Source: Ruminococcus sp.
GTDB taxonomy: Bacteria; Bacillota; Clostridia; Oscillospirales; Acutalibacteraceae
Assembly: GCA_017395925.1 (NCBI GenBank)
Contig: JAFQNJ010000043.1
Location: 18,486 to 82,485 of the forward strand
Reading direction: 5' to 3'
Length of the DNA stretch: 64,000 nt
Shown here: piece by piece, positions 39,207 to 49,734 of the stretch
Layout of the letters: the number at the start of each line of letters is the position of its first letter
Position numbering within the stretch: position 1 is the stretch's first letter
The notes under the pieces: model-generated
Database searches by the model: none
What the model was told of the DNA's origin: nothing
The model's input: only the letters and a program-made list of their open reading frames with translations
Made by a program: the position numbers and the translations under genes

Positions 39207-39255
39207 GTTCGCAAAATCCTGACAGGGGAGAATCCCCAAATCAAAACTACGGAGG
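39202..39255 (+). ncRNA. Candidate preQ1-I riboswitch
   Basis: P1 UGUCAG/CUGACA with loop UUCG...AUC, then an inserted hairpin and AAAACUA tail abutting the queT RBS. Confidence 0.55.
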
Positions 39256-39263
39256 AAAACTGA

Positions 39264-39800
39264 ATGAATTCGAAACAAAGGAAATCCACTCTGTACCTTG
39301 TGCAGAGTGCGATAATCGCCGCTTTGTATGTTGCGGTGAACTATGGGCAGGAACTCTTTTTGCCCTTTATATCTACGGTGGGACCTGTGCAGTTTCGCCT
39401 CAGCGAGGTTCTCTGCACTCTTGCGGTGCTGACTCCTGCGGCAATTCCCGGTCTTGCGGTAGGATGCCTTCTTTCAAACATTGTTTCCGTTGGAGTGCTT
39501 CCCCTTGATATGGTACTGGGGACACTGGCTACTTTTCTGGCGGCAGTGTGTGCGTATTCTCTTCGGAATCTTAAACTCTTTAATGTGCCTTTTTTCTCTC
39601 TCTTTATGCCTGTTATTTTCAACGGCATAATTATCGGTCTGGAGATTGAGATTTTCTTCATTGACGGACCTTTTGAGTTTGCAGGATTTCTTTTGCAAGG
39701 CGGACTTGTGGCTTTGGGAGAGTTTGGTGTCTGCATAGTTTTGGGAGTTCCTCTTTATTTGTGGCTCAGGAAACTACCGATATTTGACAGCAAACAATGA
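39264..39800 (+). CDS. queT: QueT-family queuosine precursor transporter (ECF S component)
   Basis: AIIAALYV, VQFRLSE.L, AIPGL.VGC...N, D...GTLAT. Confidence 0.9.
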   Translation: MNSKQRKSTLYLVQSAIIAALYVAVNYGQELFLPFISTVGPVQFRLSEVLCTLAVLTPAAIPGLAVGCLLSNIVSVGVLPLDMVLGTLATFLAAVCAYSLRNLKLFNVPFFSLFMPVIFNGIIIGLEIEIFFIDGPFEFAGFLLQGGLVALGEFGVCIVLGVPLYLWLRKLPIFDSKQ

Positions 39801-39857
39801 ATATAAAAAGAAAAGCGATGTTGATATCACTATCAACATCGCTTAATTTTTTAATGA

Positions 39858-40157
39858 TTACTCAAAATCAAACTGGTCCTTCCACTTGTCCTTGAACATA
39901 GTGAAAATTGTGTCCAGAAGTTCCTCGTCCTCGATGCCTTCGAAAGACTCGTGTTCATCATCGATTGATACGATTTTGAGGATAAGAACCTCGTCTGCTT
40001 CCTCTTCGTTTGCGGGGAGAAGGAGAAGGTATTCCTCACCTTCGTACTCGATTACATCGAGATACTCAAACTCAACTTCGTTGCCCAGGTCGTCCTCAAG
40101 AACGATGATATTGCTTTCTTCCTCTTCGGGAGTGATGTTTTTGATTTCGTCTGCCAT
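39858..40157 (-). CDS. DUF1292-family acidic protein
   Basis: I.L.D..G.E.EFE.LD.IEY.G.EY.LL.P. Confidence 0.85.
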   Translation of the reverse strand: MADEIKNITPEEEESNIIVLEDDLGNEVEFEYLDVIEYEGEEYLLLLPANEEEADEVLILKIVSIDDEHESFEGIEDEELLDTIFTMFKDKWKDQFDFE

Positions 40158-40190
40158 TATAATGACCTCCTTATTTGAAATTTATTAGTA

Positions 40191-40530
40191 GTCGGATTTT
40201 TCGGGGCTGCGCCGCATTTGCGCTTCTTGTCACGCCTCGTGTGCACTACGCATCTCCTGAAAAAGTCATCGCACTCTCCAAAATCACCTGCCTGCGAATG
40301 CACTGCATTCACAGCCTGTTCGGTGATTTGTGGCATCGTGCTTGATTTTTCAGGGCTCCGTGCCTCGGCGCTTCTTATTGTCACGCCTCGTATGCCTACG
40401 CTGCTCCTCGAAAATCTGTGCACTCCACGAACTCACCTGAATGCAAATGTATATCTCTATTTGCATTCTTTTCGGTGATTTCGGTGTCGTACCTTTATTT
40501 TCTCGGGCTTCGGCACTCGGCGCTTCTATT
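40191..40530 (+). repeat. Modular ~150-bp intergenic repeat, array 2 (two full units plus a partial)
   Basis: gattttt...cgcttct units start near 40195, 40344 and 40495, separated by variable hairpins. Confidence 0.9.
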
Positions 40531-41968
40531 AATACTGTTTGCCCCAGTATACCATATGTTTTGCGGGTTTGCCGCAGCATACGCAGGTGTCGGAGAGATT
40601 CTCTTCCTCAAAGGGAATACATCTGGATTTTACGCCGCCTGTTTCTTCTTTGATTTTTTCTTCACAAGCTACATCGCCGCACCACATTGCCTTGATAAAG
40701 CCGGGGGTTTCCTTTGCTGTGGTGAGGAATTCATCGTAGCTTCTTGCCTCGAAGGTCTTTGCCTTCATATTCTCAAGAGCGCGGTTATACATAGCATCGT
40801 GGATAGTATCCAGCAGCTTTGTGATTTCTTCCTCAAGGTTATCAAGAGATACAAAAATCTTCTCTCTTGTATCGCGACGGACAAGTACACACTGATTCTT
40901 CTCAATGTCCTTGGGACCGATTTCAAGACGGAGGGGAACACCCTGCATCTCGTACTGGGAGAACTTCCAACCGGGGGAGTTCTCGGAAGCATCCAGTTTA
41001 ACGCGGAAGTTCTTCTTCAGAGCATCACGAAGCTCGTAAGCCTTGTCGAGAACGCCTTCCTTGTGCTGTGCAATAGGAATAATTGCAAGTTGAACGGGAG
41101 CAACTCTGGGGGGGAGAATGAGTCCGTCGTCGTCACCGTGTACCATGATGATGGCACCTATCATACGGGTGGATACACCCCATGAAGTCTGGTGGGGGAA
41201 GTGGAGCTTATTGTCTCTGCCCTGGAATGTGATATCGAAGCTCTCGGCGAAACCTGTGCCGAAGTAGTGGGTAGTACCGCCCTGAAGAGCAACGCCGTTG
41301 TGCATCATAGGCTCAATGGTGTATGTAGCCTCGGCGCCTGCAAACTTCTCCTTCTCGGTCTTTCTGCCCACAACTGCAGGGATAGCCAGAGTCTCGCGGT
41401 AGAAGTCCTCGTATACCTTGAGCATACGGAGTGTCTCTTCCTCTGCTTCTTCCTTGGTCTCATGCATTGTGTGACCTTCCTGCCAGAGGAACTCGGAGGT
41501 TCTGAGGAAAGGACGGGTTGTTTTTTCCCAACGAACAACGGAGCACCACTGATTGTAGAGCTTGGGCAGGTCGCGGTAGGTATTGATAATCTTTGCATAG
41601 TGCTCGCAGAAGAGAGTCTCTGATGTAGGACGTACACAGAGCTTTTCGGTGAGCTTGTCGCTGCCGCCTATAGTAACCCATGCACATTCGGGGGCGAAGC
41701 CCTCAACGTGGTCCTTCTCCTTCTGGAGAAGGCTCTCGGGAATAAACATAGGCATATAAACATTCTCGTGACCTGTTTCCTTGAAACGTCTGTCAAGGTC
41801 TTTCTGGATATTCTCCCAGATAGCATAGCCGTAAGGTCTGATTACCATACAGCCCTTAACTCCCGAATAGTCAACAAGCTCAGCTTTCTTGACTATGTCG
41901 GTATACCATTTTGCAAAATCTTCGTCGCGGCTGGTGATAGCCTCGACCATCTTTTTATTGTCTGCCAT
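40529..41968 (-). CDS. proS: Proline--tRNA ligase (archaeal/eukaryote-like type)
   Basis: [34 protein letters not shown]-terminal Zn domain ending GKQY. Confidence 0.96.
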   Translation of the reverse strand: MADNKKMVEAITSRDEDFAKWYTDIVKKAELVDYSGVKGCMVIRPYGYAIWENIQKDLDRRFKETGHENVYMPMFIPESLLQKEKDHVEGFAPECAWVTIGGSDKLTEKLCVRPTSETLFCEHYAKIINTYRDLPKLYNQWCSVVRWEKTTRPFLRTSEFLWQEGHTMHETKEEAEEETLRMLKVYEDFYRETLAIPAVVGRKTEKEKFAGAEATYTIEPMMHNGVALQGGTTHYFGTGFAESFDITFQGRDNKLHFPHQTSWGVSTRMIGAIIMVHGDDDGLILPPRVAPVQLAIIPIAQHKEGVLDKAYELRDALKKNFRVKLDASENSPGWKFSQYEMQGVPLRLEIGPKDIEKNQCVLVRRDTREKIFVSLDNLEEEITKLLDTIHDAMYNRALENMKAKTFEARSYDEFLTTAKETPGFIKAMWCGDVACEEKIKEETGGVKSRCIPFEEENLSDTCVCCGKPAKHMVYWGKQY

Positions 41969-42110
41969 ATAAACACCCCTTCAGGATAATAAACATATAA
42001 AATTATTATACATATTAATATAAGTTTTTTCAAGTCTTTTTGCGTTATTATATGCCTAAAAGGCATGAAAAAAGGAGCCGGCAGTACCGACTCCTTTTTT
42101 TGAAAATCAT

Positions 42111-42338
42111 TTAGATATTTGCTTCAAGATAAGAAACTAATTCGCCAACAGTTCTGATGTTTTCGATTTCCTCGTCGGGAACCTCAACTTCAAACTCATC
42201 TTCGATAGACATAAGAAGATCAACAACGTCCAGAGAGTCAGCACCTAAATCATGCTGAAGGTCTGTCTCTGTGTTGATGTCTGCCTCGTCGATGTCAAAC
42301 TGATCAGCTAAAATTACTTTTACTTTCTCTAAAATCAT
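42111..42338 (-). CDS. acpP: Acyl carrier protein
   Basis: DLGADSLD phosphopantetheine site. Confidence 0.95.
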   Translation of the reverse strand: MILEKVKVILADQFDIDEADINTETDLQHDLGADSLDVVDLLMSIEDEFEVEVPDEEIENIRTVGELVSYLEANI

Positions 42339-42480
42339 TTTTGGAAACCTCCGGGATATAATATCTTTTTGCCATCTGAATTGTGATGACGGATTATAAT
42401 GCCTATCAAATCTACCACATTATATACCCTAAAGTCAAGCCTTATGTCAGAATTTATGCAAAAAGATTTCAAAAATTCAT

Positions 42481-43185
42481 TCAGGCAGCCTTTTTGTCAG
42501 CCTTGAAGAACTTGTGCATAAGTGCAGCTGCGGCACCGCCTACAAGGGGAGCAACGATAAATACCCATACATTCTTCAGAGTATCTCCGCCTGCAAAGAG
42601 AGCGGGACCGAAGCTTCTGGCAGGGTTAACGGATGTGCCGGTGAAGTGAATGCCCAGAATATGAACGAGGATGAGTGTCAGACCGATAACCAGACCTGCG
42701 ATGCTTGAATACTCAGGCTTGGAAGTAACGGAGAGAATAACAAATACGAAAACAAAGGTGAGGACTACTTCAACAAGAAGTGAGAGCCAGATGTTGCCCT
42801 CGAAGAGACCGTTTGCACCGAAACCGTTTGCAACAGACTCGCCGTTGACGGTAACTGTGTCAAAGCCAAGGAATACGCCGATGAGAGCTGCACCTGCAGT
42901 AGCACCTGCAAACTGTGCTACGATATAACCGAAGAAGTCCTTTACGGACATTCTGCCGTCAATGAGCATAGCGATGGAAACAGCGGGGTTGATGTGACAG
43001 CCTGATACGTTGCCGATGGAATATGCCATAGCGAAGATTACAAATCCGAATGCCAGCGCAGTAATCAAATATGCGATGTCTGTGTTGGCGGTGGAGCAAC
43101 CTGCAACTACTGCAGTTCCGCATGCAAAGAGAACCAGAACCAAGGTGCCGATAAACTCGGCGATGTACTTTTTGATACTTTCCAT
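42481..43185 (-). CDS. Aquaporin/MIP channel
   Basis: SGCHINPAV and SVNPARS (two NPA motifs). Confidence 0.95.
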   Translation of the reverse strand: MESIKKYIAEFIGTLVLVLFACGTAVVAGCSTANTDIAYLITALAFGFVIFAMAYSIGNVSGCHINPAVSIAMLIDGRMSVKDFFGYIVAQFAGATAGAALIGVFLGFDTVTVNGESVANGFGANGLFEGNIWLSLLVEVVLTFVFVFVILSVTSKPEYSSIAGLVIGLTLILVHILGIHFTGTSVNPARSFGPALFAGGDTLKNVWVFIVAPLVGGAAAALMHKFFKADKKAA

Positions 43186-43319
43186 AAAAACCAACCTTTC
43201 GAAAATATATTTCTTAAATTTATATTATTTGTATTTTGCCCTGATGTCAATAAATATAACTTTTTTGTAATAAAATATGCCGCCTCGGTACAGAGACGGC
43301 ATACAGACCAGTATTGAAA

Positions 43320-44534
43320 TTATACTTCGGGGAAGAACTTGTCGTGAAGAACACGGACAGCCTTGTCAGCATACTCCTTACGGATAAGAACGGAAATCTT
43401 GATTTCACTGGTGCTGATCATATGGATATTGATATTTGCATCAAAGAGTGCCTCGAACATATCGGTTGCAACACCTGCGTGGCTTTCCATACCGGAGCCT
43501 ACGATGGAGATTTTTGCAACGTTGTCGTTCATGGAAACGTTTACACCCTCGTAACGGGAAGCAAAGTTGTTCTCAAGCAGAGCAACTGCATCGGTTGCAT
43601 TGTCCTTATTTACTGTGAAGGAAATGTCCTTTGTCTTGTCTCTGCCGATGGACTGGAGAATGATATCGACATTGATGTTCTTTGCAGAGAGAATAGAGAA
43701 GAGCTTGAATGCAAGACCGGGCTCGTCGGGGATGTTGGTTACAGATATACGTACAATGTCATCGTCCTTTGCGATGCCGCTGATTAAGAATTTTTCCATT
43801 TTTGTGTTCTCCTTTACTATTGTACCGGGTTTGTTTGTAAGGCTTGAAAGTACTTCAAGCTCGATGTTATATTTCTTTGCCAGCTCAACACTTCTGTTGT
43901 TGAGTACCTGTGCGCCCAGAGTTGCAAGCTCAAGCATCTCGCCGTAGGAAATCTCGGGGAGTTTCTTTGCGGTGGGAACCTTTCTGGGGTCTGCTGTGAA
44001 TACACCTTCAACGTCGGTGTAAATCTGGCAGAGGTCGGCACGCATTGCGGCGGCAATGGCCACAGCACTGGTATCGGAACCGCCTCGGCCCAGAGTGGTA
44101 AGGTCGTCAAATTTGTCCATACCCTGGAAACCTGCAACGATAACAATGTTTTTCTTTGCTATTTCGTTCTTGAGTCTTGTGGTGTCAACTTTTTTGATTC
44201 TTGCTCTTGTGTGTGCGGAAGTGGTGGAAAAACCTGCCTGCCAGCCCAGAAGTGAGATGGCGGGGTAGCCAAGGCTCTGGATAGCCATTGCAAGAAGAGA
44301 GATAGAAATCTGCTCGCCTGCGGCAAGGAGCATATCACGCTCACGCTCGGAGGGGTTCTGGTCGATTTCCTTATACTTGGCGATGAGGTCGTCTGTAGTG
44401 TCGCCCTGAGCGGAAACTACGACGATAACGTCATTACCTTTTTTATAAGTGTCAGTTACAATTCTTGCAACATTGAGGACGTGTTCTGTGTCCTTAACGG
44501 AAGAACCGCCGAATTTCTGTACAATTAAGCTCAT
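43320..44534 (-). CDS. lysC: Aspartate kinase
   Basis: VQKFGGSSV, LGRGGSD, two ACT domains. Confidence 0.95.
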   Translation of the reverse strand: MSLIVQKFGGSSVKDTEHVLNVARIVTDTYKKGNDVIVVVSAQGDTTDDLIAKYKEIDQNPSERERDMLLAAGEQISISLLAMAIQSLGYPAISLLGWQAGFSTTSAHTRARIKKVDTTRLKNEIAKKNIVIVAGFQGMDKFDDLTTLGRGGSDTSAVAIAAAMRADLCQIYTDVEGVFTADPRKVPTAKKLPEISYGEMLELATLGAQVLNNRSVELAKKYNIELEVLSSLTNKPGTIVKENTKMEKFLISGIAKDDDIVRISVTNIPDEPGLAFKLFSILSAKNINVDIILQSIGRDKTKDISFTVNKDNATDAVALLENNFASRYEGVNVSMNDNVAKISIVGSGMESHAGVATDMFEALFDANINIHMISTSEIKISVLIRKEYADKAVRVLHDKFFPEV

Positions 44535-44555
44535 GTGTTCTGTACCCTTTCTTAA

Positions 44556-45803
44556 TTATAGATTACCTATTCTGATAGTGGAGATTACCTCTGCACCTAA
44601 TTTGCTGAGAGATTTAACACCATTCATGATTTCACCATAGGGGAGTGCCTCTTCTGTGACGAAGGCAATTTCATTTTCGGGGCAGTTGTTTCTTGAAAGT
44701 CTGGAGATTGCTCCGAAAATATCCTGTGCCATATTATATGCGTCAGCAGGGTTGTCGGCGATAGCGCGGACATATACTTTTGTCTTGGAGAGTTTGTAGT
44801 CAGCAACGTTTTCTTCGGTGCTGTCAGCCCAGAAAAGTCTCTTTCTGGTTTTTAGGTGCTTGCAGCAGTCAACGGTATCAGCCACAACAGCGGATGCTGT
44901 GGGGAGCATACCTGCGCCCTTGCCGTAGAATACAACATCGCCTGTACAGTCACCGCGTACCATTACGCCGTTGAACACGTCGTTGATATTGGCAAGCTGG
45001 CTTGTGCAGGGAACAAACATGGGAGCCACTACAATGTCCATCATACCGCCATCAAGAGGCTTACAACTACCGATGAGTTTTATTACACCGCCCCAGGATG
45101 CGGCATATTCCACGTCCTCAAGGGTGATTTTTGTAATTCCCTCGGTATGTACGTTATCGGGATAGACATGCTTGCCGAAAGCAAGAGAAGCAAGGATGCA
45201 AATCTTGCGGCAGGCGTCGTGACCTTCAACGTCGGCTTCGGGATTTCTCTCGGCATAGCCCAACTCCTGAGCCAGCTTCAGAGCATCCTCAAAAGCCATA
45301 TTTTCATTAATCATCTTGGTGAGGATGAAGTTTGTTGTACCGTTTAAGATACCTGCAATTTCATCGACGTTGTTAGCAACAAGACACTGGTTGATGGGAC
45401 GGAGAATGGGAATACCGCCGCCGACGCTTGCCTCGAAAAGATAGTTGGCGTTGTTGTCCTTGGCAATCTGAAGAAGCTCTGCACCGTGGCGTGCAACGAG
45501 TTCTTTGTTGGAGGTGACAACGCTCTTGCCTGCTTTAAGGCAACGCTTGGTGAAATCATAGGCAGGATTCAGTCCGCCCATGGTCTCGATAACAACGCGT
45601 ACATCCATATCGCTGATGATGTCCTCAAAGTCCTTGGTGAATCTGTCAGCCAGAGGACTTTCGGGAAATTCTCTCAGGTCAAGGATGTGTTTGAGATAGA
45701 TTTCCTCACCCAGTGATGAGAAAAGTTTCTGTTTATGGGTTGTGAGAATCTCGGCTACACCCGAGCCCACAACGCCATGACCCATTAATGCTACTGAAAT
45801 CAT
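44556..45803 (-). CDS. hom: Homoserine dehydrogenase
   Basis: G.GVVGSG, EASVGGGIP, GILNGTTN, G.GAG..PTASAV. Confidence 0.95.
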   Translation of the reverse strand: MISVALMGHGVVGSGVAEILTTHKQKLFSSLGEEIYLKHILDLREFPESPLADRFTKDFEDIISDMDVRVVIETMGGLNPAYDFTKRCLKAGKSVVTSNKELVARHGAELLQIAKDNNANYLFEASVGGGIPILRPINQCLVANNVDEIAGILNGTTNFILTKMINENMAFEDALKLAQELGYAERNPEADVEGHDACRKICILASLAFGKHVYPDNVHTEGITKITLEDVEYAASWGGVIKLIGSCKPLDGGMMDIVVAPMFVPCTSQLANINDVFNGVMVRGDCTGDVVFYGKGAGMLPTASAVVADTVDCCKHLKTRKRLFWADSTEENVADYKLSKTKVYVRAIADNPADAYNMAQDIFGAISRLSRNNCPENEIAFVTEEALPYGEIMNGVKSLSKLGAEVISTIRIGNL

Positions 45804-45854
45804 AACTAAACCCCTTTTTATAGCATAAAGAATAATGAACTGAAATTAAGGAAA

Positions 45855-48152
45855 TTACACATTTGGCTCCGAAGGGTCAGGAGGAAGCATAGGTGAATCG
45901 GTGGGAGAAGTTGTTTCTTCGCCGAAGTCGATAATAACCGTATGCATAGTGTTTTCGGTGCTTTCGGTTTCGGTGGGTGAGGTGGTTTCCTCTTTGTCAC
46001 CGTTACCTACATTGGGACCCTTGTGAGAGGTACATGTGGAGGGCATATTGTCCTCGGCGTAATAGCCTGTGCGTGTATCCTTGCAGATAGAGCCTGCAAG
46101 TTTGCCGGTGTGAGTGCAGAACTCAGCTTCAACCACATTGGGAGAAATGTCAAAGGTTTTGTATTCCTTGTCCTCCAGATATCTTGACATAACGTCGGAG
46201 AAGGTATCTGCGGCAACGGTTGTGCCGGGATAGCGGATTCTCTGGGGATCATCGAAGCCTGTCCATACAGCAAGTGTTGCGTAGGGAGATGCACCGCAGA
46301 ACCAGCTGTCGCGGTCGCTGTTGGTGGTACCGGTCTTGCCGGCGATTTCCCATCCGTAAACACCTGCATATCCTGCTGATGTGTGGATGCAGTTGTTCAC
46401 GTTATATTTAAGGAGGCGGTTCATAATGGAAGCCGTATCCTTTGAATAAGCCTGAGTGTACAGATTGTCGCGGTTGTCGAGGATGATGTTGTCGTTGCGG
46501 TCTGTTACGTAGTAGTAGGTGTAGGGCTTGTAGTAGCGTCCGCCGTTGCCGATATATGCGTAAGCGGCTGCCATTTCGCGGACTGTAACACCGCCGTTCA
46601 TACCGCCCAGAGAGAAACTGGAGTATGAGGTGCGGTCGCCTGATTCTGTCAGATGTTCAAAGCCCAGGTAGTTCTTGCCGTGCTCATAGGCAACAGCGGG
46701 ACCGCCTATCATCTCCAGTGCCTGTGCGGCACAGGCGTTTGAGGACCACTCTATAGCATCAACAAGGAAGAGGCCGTTTTTGTGATAGTACTCGTACCAG
46801 TTGGTGGGACCGTTGGAGCCGTCGGAATATACCCAACTGTCCAAGGTTTCATCGGGGACGACCGATGACCAGGTGAGCAGGTTGCGTTCAACCGCATAGG
46901 GGTATGCCACAACGGGCTTTATGGAAGAACCGGGCTGGAGCGTTGCCATAGTGGAGCGGTCGAAAACAAGGTTTCCGTCCTTGGGGTTTGAACTTCCCAC
47001 GGAGGCAATAACTCTGCCGTCAAAGCCCATGAGGGTCATACCGATTTCAAGACCGTCGTTGTTGGTCTTGTCGATTTCCAGAGCTTCTTCCTCTATCATC
47101 TTCTGTGCCTCAATATCCATTGCGGAGTAAATCTTGAGACCCTCGGTGTAAATCTTGTCTATTGCAGCACTCTCGCTGATGTTGTAGTACTTGGCAAGGT
47201 CTTTGGAAAGGTCAAATACCAGCTCGTCGTTGTACCAGTTCTGAACCTGAATGACCTCGGATTCGTCCTCATCATCAGAGGAGTAATCCCGAAACTGCAT
47301 ATTTTCGGATTCTTTCATGGCTGCCTGATACTCTTCGTCAGTGAGCTTGCCCTGATCGTGCATGGCAAAGAGAACATCTTCGCGTCGGATGTAGTTGTTC
47401 TCGGGATAAATCAGCGGATCCCATTTGGAGGGGTTCTGGGTGATGCCGACAATAGCGGCACACTCTGCAGCAGAACATTCTCCGATGTCCTTGCCGAAAT
47501 ATCTCTGGGATGCTGCCTGAACACCCTGACAGCTTCCTCCGAAGTTAACTACGTTCAGATATGCTTCAAGAATCTCGTCCTTGGTGTACTCTTTCTCAAT
47601 CTTGAGTGCACGGACAATTTCTCTGATTTTTCTGTTGATGCTTACCTCATCTTCTTCGGTGAGGTTCTTGATAAGCTGCTGGGTAAGGGTTGAACCGCCG
47701 TAGGAGTCATCACCGCCCACAAGGTTCAGAGCGGCAGATGCGGTACGGAACCAGTCAACACCGTTGTGCTTGTAGAAGCGCTTGTCCTCGATGGCAACAA
47801 CTGCATCAAAGAGAGCGGGGGGCATTTCGTTATAGTCAACCCAGAAGCGGTTTTCGGTGCCGTAGAGAATCTGATATTCGTAGAACTCGCCGGTGTCGGG
47901 GTCTTTGACGTAAACGGAACTTGAAAGACTCAGGGAACGGGCGTCAAGGTCAATACCCGTAGGCTCGTTATACAGGTCTACGATATAGAAAAGCACATTG
48001 AAACAAACCAGAATGCCTGCGATAAAGAAAATCAGCATAAGGGTCATAAGGGCTTTGAAGAGAAAAGAGAGGATACCCTTTACATAGAAAGAAGCCCCCT
48101 TGCCGTCTGATTTGGATTTGGCTTTGAAATTGCTTATATCTGTTTTTCTCAT
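45855..48152 (-). CDS. Class A penicillin-binding protein (transglycosylase/transpeptidase)
   Basis: EDKRF..H.GVD, GGSTLTQQL, SSIK, S.N, KTGT. Confidence 0.93.
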   Translation of the reverse strand: MRKTDISNFKAKSKSDGKGASFYVKGILSFLFKALMTLMLIFFIAGILVCFNVLFYIVDLYNEPTGIDLDARSLSLSSSVYVKDPDTGEFYEYQILYGTENRFWVDYNEMPPALFDAVVAIEDKRFYKHNGVDWFRTASAALNLVGGDDSYGGSTLTQQLIKNLTEEDEVSINRKIREIVRALKIEKEYTKDEILEAYLNVVNFGGSCQGVQAASQRYFGKDIGECSAAECAAIVGITQNPSKWDPLIYPENNYIRREDVLFAMHDQGKLTDEEYQAAMKESENMQFRDYSSDDEDESEVIQVQNWYNDELVFDLSKDLAKYYNISESAAIDKIYTEGLKIYSAMDIEAQKMIEEEALEIDKTNNDGLEIGMTLMGFDGRVIASVGSSNPKDGNLVFDRSTMATLQPGSSIKPVVAYPYAVERNLLTWSSVVPDETLDSWVYSDGSNGPTNWYEYYHKNGLFLVDAIEWSSNACAAQALEMIGGPAVAYEHGKNYLGFEHLTESGDRTSYSSFSLGGMNGGVTVREMAAAYAYIGNGGRYYKPYTYYYVTDRNDNIILDNRDNLYTQAYSKDTASIMNRLLKYNVNNCIHTSAGYAGVYGWEIAGKTGTTNSDRDSWFCGASPYATLAVWTGFDDPQRIRYPGTTVAADTFSDVMSRYLEDKEYKTFDISPNVVEAEFCTHTGKLAGSICKDTRTGYYAEDNMPSTCTSHKGPNVGNGDKEETTSPTETESTENTMHTVIIDFGEETTSPTDSPMLPPDPSEPNV

Positions 48153-48373
48153 GAAACAGCCTCCTTCAAAAACGTTACGAAAGCGGATGAATCTTGTGCC
48201 AGAAGTATATATCTAAATTATATTAGAATAATATACTTTGCTATTATACCACTGTTGATTCAAAATTTAAAGTTTTTTTGTTATAATTATTGATTTTCTT
48301 ATAATGTGTCAGTATGCCGTATGAATATGCAAGGATTTTTGTGAAAAAATAACTGCGAAGGAGTATAACGAAT

Positions 48374-48709
48374 ATGAATACAAGGAATTTCAAAAGGCTT
48401 TTTTACATCACTTCGGTTATTGTTCTGGCAAGTGTTATAGCCTCTGCGGTTATAATTGAACTTACAACTGACATTTCCCCGAAAAAAGAGGGAGAGGATA
48501 ATCATTTCAGTGAAGCATCAGAGGTATATATTCTCACCAGCGACGGAGACAGGATAGTTGCCTATGTCAGAGGCGGGACAAGACCCTGCGTCGAAACAAC
48601 CACAGCAGTGAGTTCACTGCCGCTTGATGTCCAGAAAAGAATCAACGCGGGGATAGAGTATTCCTCTCGTGAAGAGTTACTCCGTGCCATCGAAGAATAT
48701 TGTAGTTGA
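48374..48709 (+). CDS. BofC C-terminal-domain-like exported protein
   Basis: N-terminal TM; SLP..VQ..I..GI...S.EEL...IEEY.S C-terminus. Confidence 0.6.
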   Translation: MNTRNFKRLFYITSVIVLASVIASAVIIELTTDISPKKEGEDNHFSEASEVYILTSDGDRIVAYVRGGTRPCVETTTAVSSLPLDVQKRINAGIEYSSREELLRAIEEYCS

Positions 48710-48789
48710 TTTTTCAAAAATTGTATCTTTTTATGAATAAATGTGATATAATGAATTTCACAGGCTATTTGTGAAAAGAGGCATGTATT

Positions 48790-49734
48790 ATGAGAATTCT
48801 CGCTATTAACAATAAGGATGAAGCTGTCAGAAAAAACAGCTCCTCAGGAGGCGTTTTTTACCTTATTGCGGAAAGTGTGATTAATGACAGCGGTGTGGTT
48901 TTCGGCGCAAAATTCGACTCTTCCTTCGACGTTGTGCACGGATATGCTGAGGATATGGAGGGTATCAGGGCTTTTATGGGAAGCAAGTATGTGCAATCCT
49001 CTGTGGGAGGTGCATACCGTGATGCAAAGGATTTTCTCGAAGCGGGCAGAAAAGTGCTTTTCAGCGGCACCCCCTGTCAGATAGCCGCCCTCAAAAAGTA
49101 TCTGGGCAAGGAATACGAAAATCTTATTACGGTTGACTTTATCTGCCACGGAGTTCCCAACCGCCGCATTTGCAGGGAATACCTGGATGAAATCTCCAAG
49201 GGAAGAGAGATTGCCAAAGTGAATTTCAGAGACAAGACCGAGGGCTGGAGAGCGTTTTCTCTCAAGGTGGATTTTGCTGATGGCAGTACATACAGAAAGA
49301 ATCTGGAGGAAGACCCGTTTGTATGCGGATTTCTGAAGAATCTCTATCTCAGACCTTCCTGTTATCAGTGTGCTTACAGAGGTTTTGAGAGACCTGCGGA
49401 TGTGACTCTTGCGGATTTCTGGGGAGTTCAGAATATTATGCCGGAAATTTACGATGATAAGGGAACGAGCATCATAATTGTTCGTAAAGAGTCTATTGAA
49501 AAATTAATTGAATATAAAAAAGATTCCCTTGTGATAAGAGAACTTGATGAACAGACAGTTCAGAAAACCAATGTGGCAGTGGAGAAGTCCTGTGCCATGC
49601 ATCCGAAAAGAGCAGAGTTCTTTGAAAGCGAATACAAAAGCGTGAGTAAAGCGATATACAGAATCGTGAAAGAGCCTCTGAAAATCCGAGTAAAGAAAAA
49701 ACTCTACAAGCTTTATAAGGGGGTAAAAAAATGA
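48790..49734 (+). CDS. FrhB/FdhB-like (F420 hydrogenase beta subunit family) Fe-S protein
   Basis: SSSGG.F, GSKYVQS, FSGTPCQ, ICHGVP, RPSCY.C, D.TLADFWG. Confidence 0.85.
   Translation: MRILAINNKDEAVRKNSSSGGVFYLIAESVINDSGVVFGAKFDSSFDVVHGYAEDMEGIRAFMGSKYVQSSVGGAYRDAKDFLEAGRKVLFSGTPCQIAALKKYLGKEYENLITVDFICHGVPNRRICREYLDEISKGREIAKVNFRDKTEGWRAFSLKVDFADGSTYRKNLEEDPFVCGFLKNLYLRPSCYQCAYRGFERPADVTLADFWGVQNIMPEIYDDKGTSIIIVRKESIEKLIEYKKDSLVIRELDEQTVQKTNVAVEKSCAMHPKRAEFFESEYKSVSKAIYRIVKEPLKIRVKKKLYKLYKGVKK

Noticed and set aside
38960-39508. ORFs spanning the repeat arrays (also 40157-40423, 40218-40478, 40350-40580)
   Set aside because: They arise from GC-rich repeat sequence, lack RBSs and overlap real genes.
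39008-40530. CRISPR array
   Set aside because: Units are ~75-150 bp and degenerate, spacers are self-complementary, and no cas genes are present.
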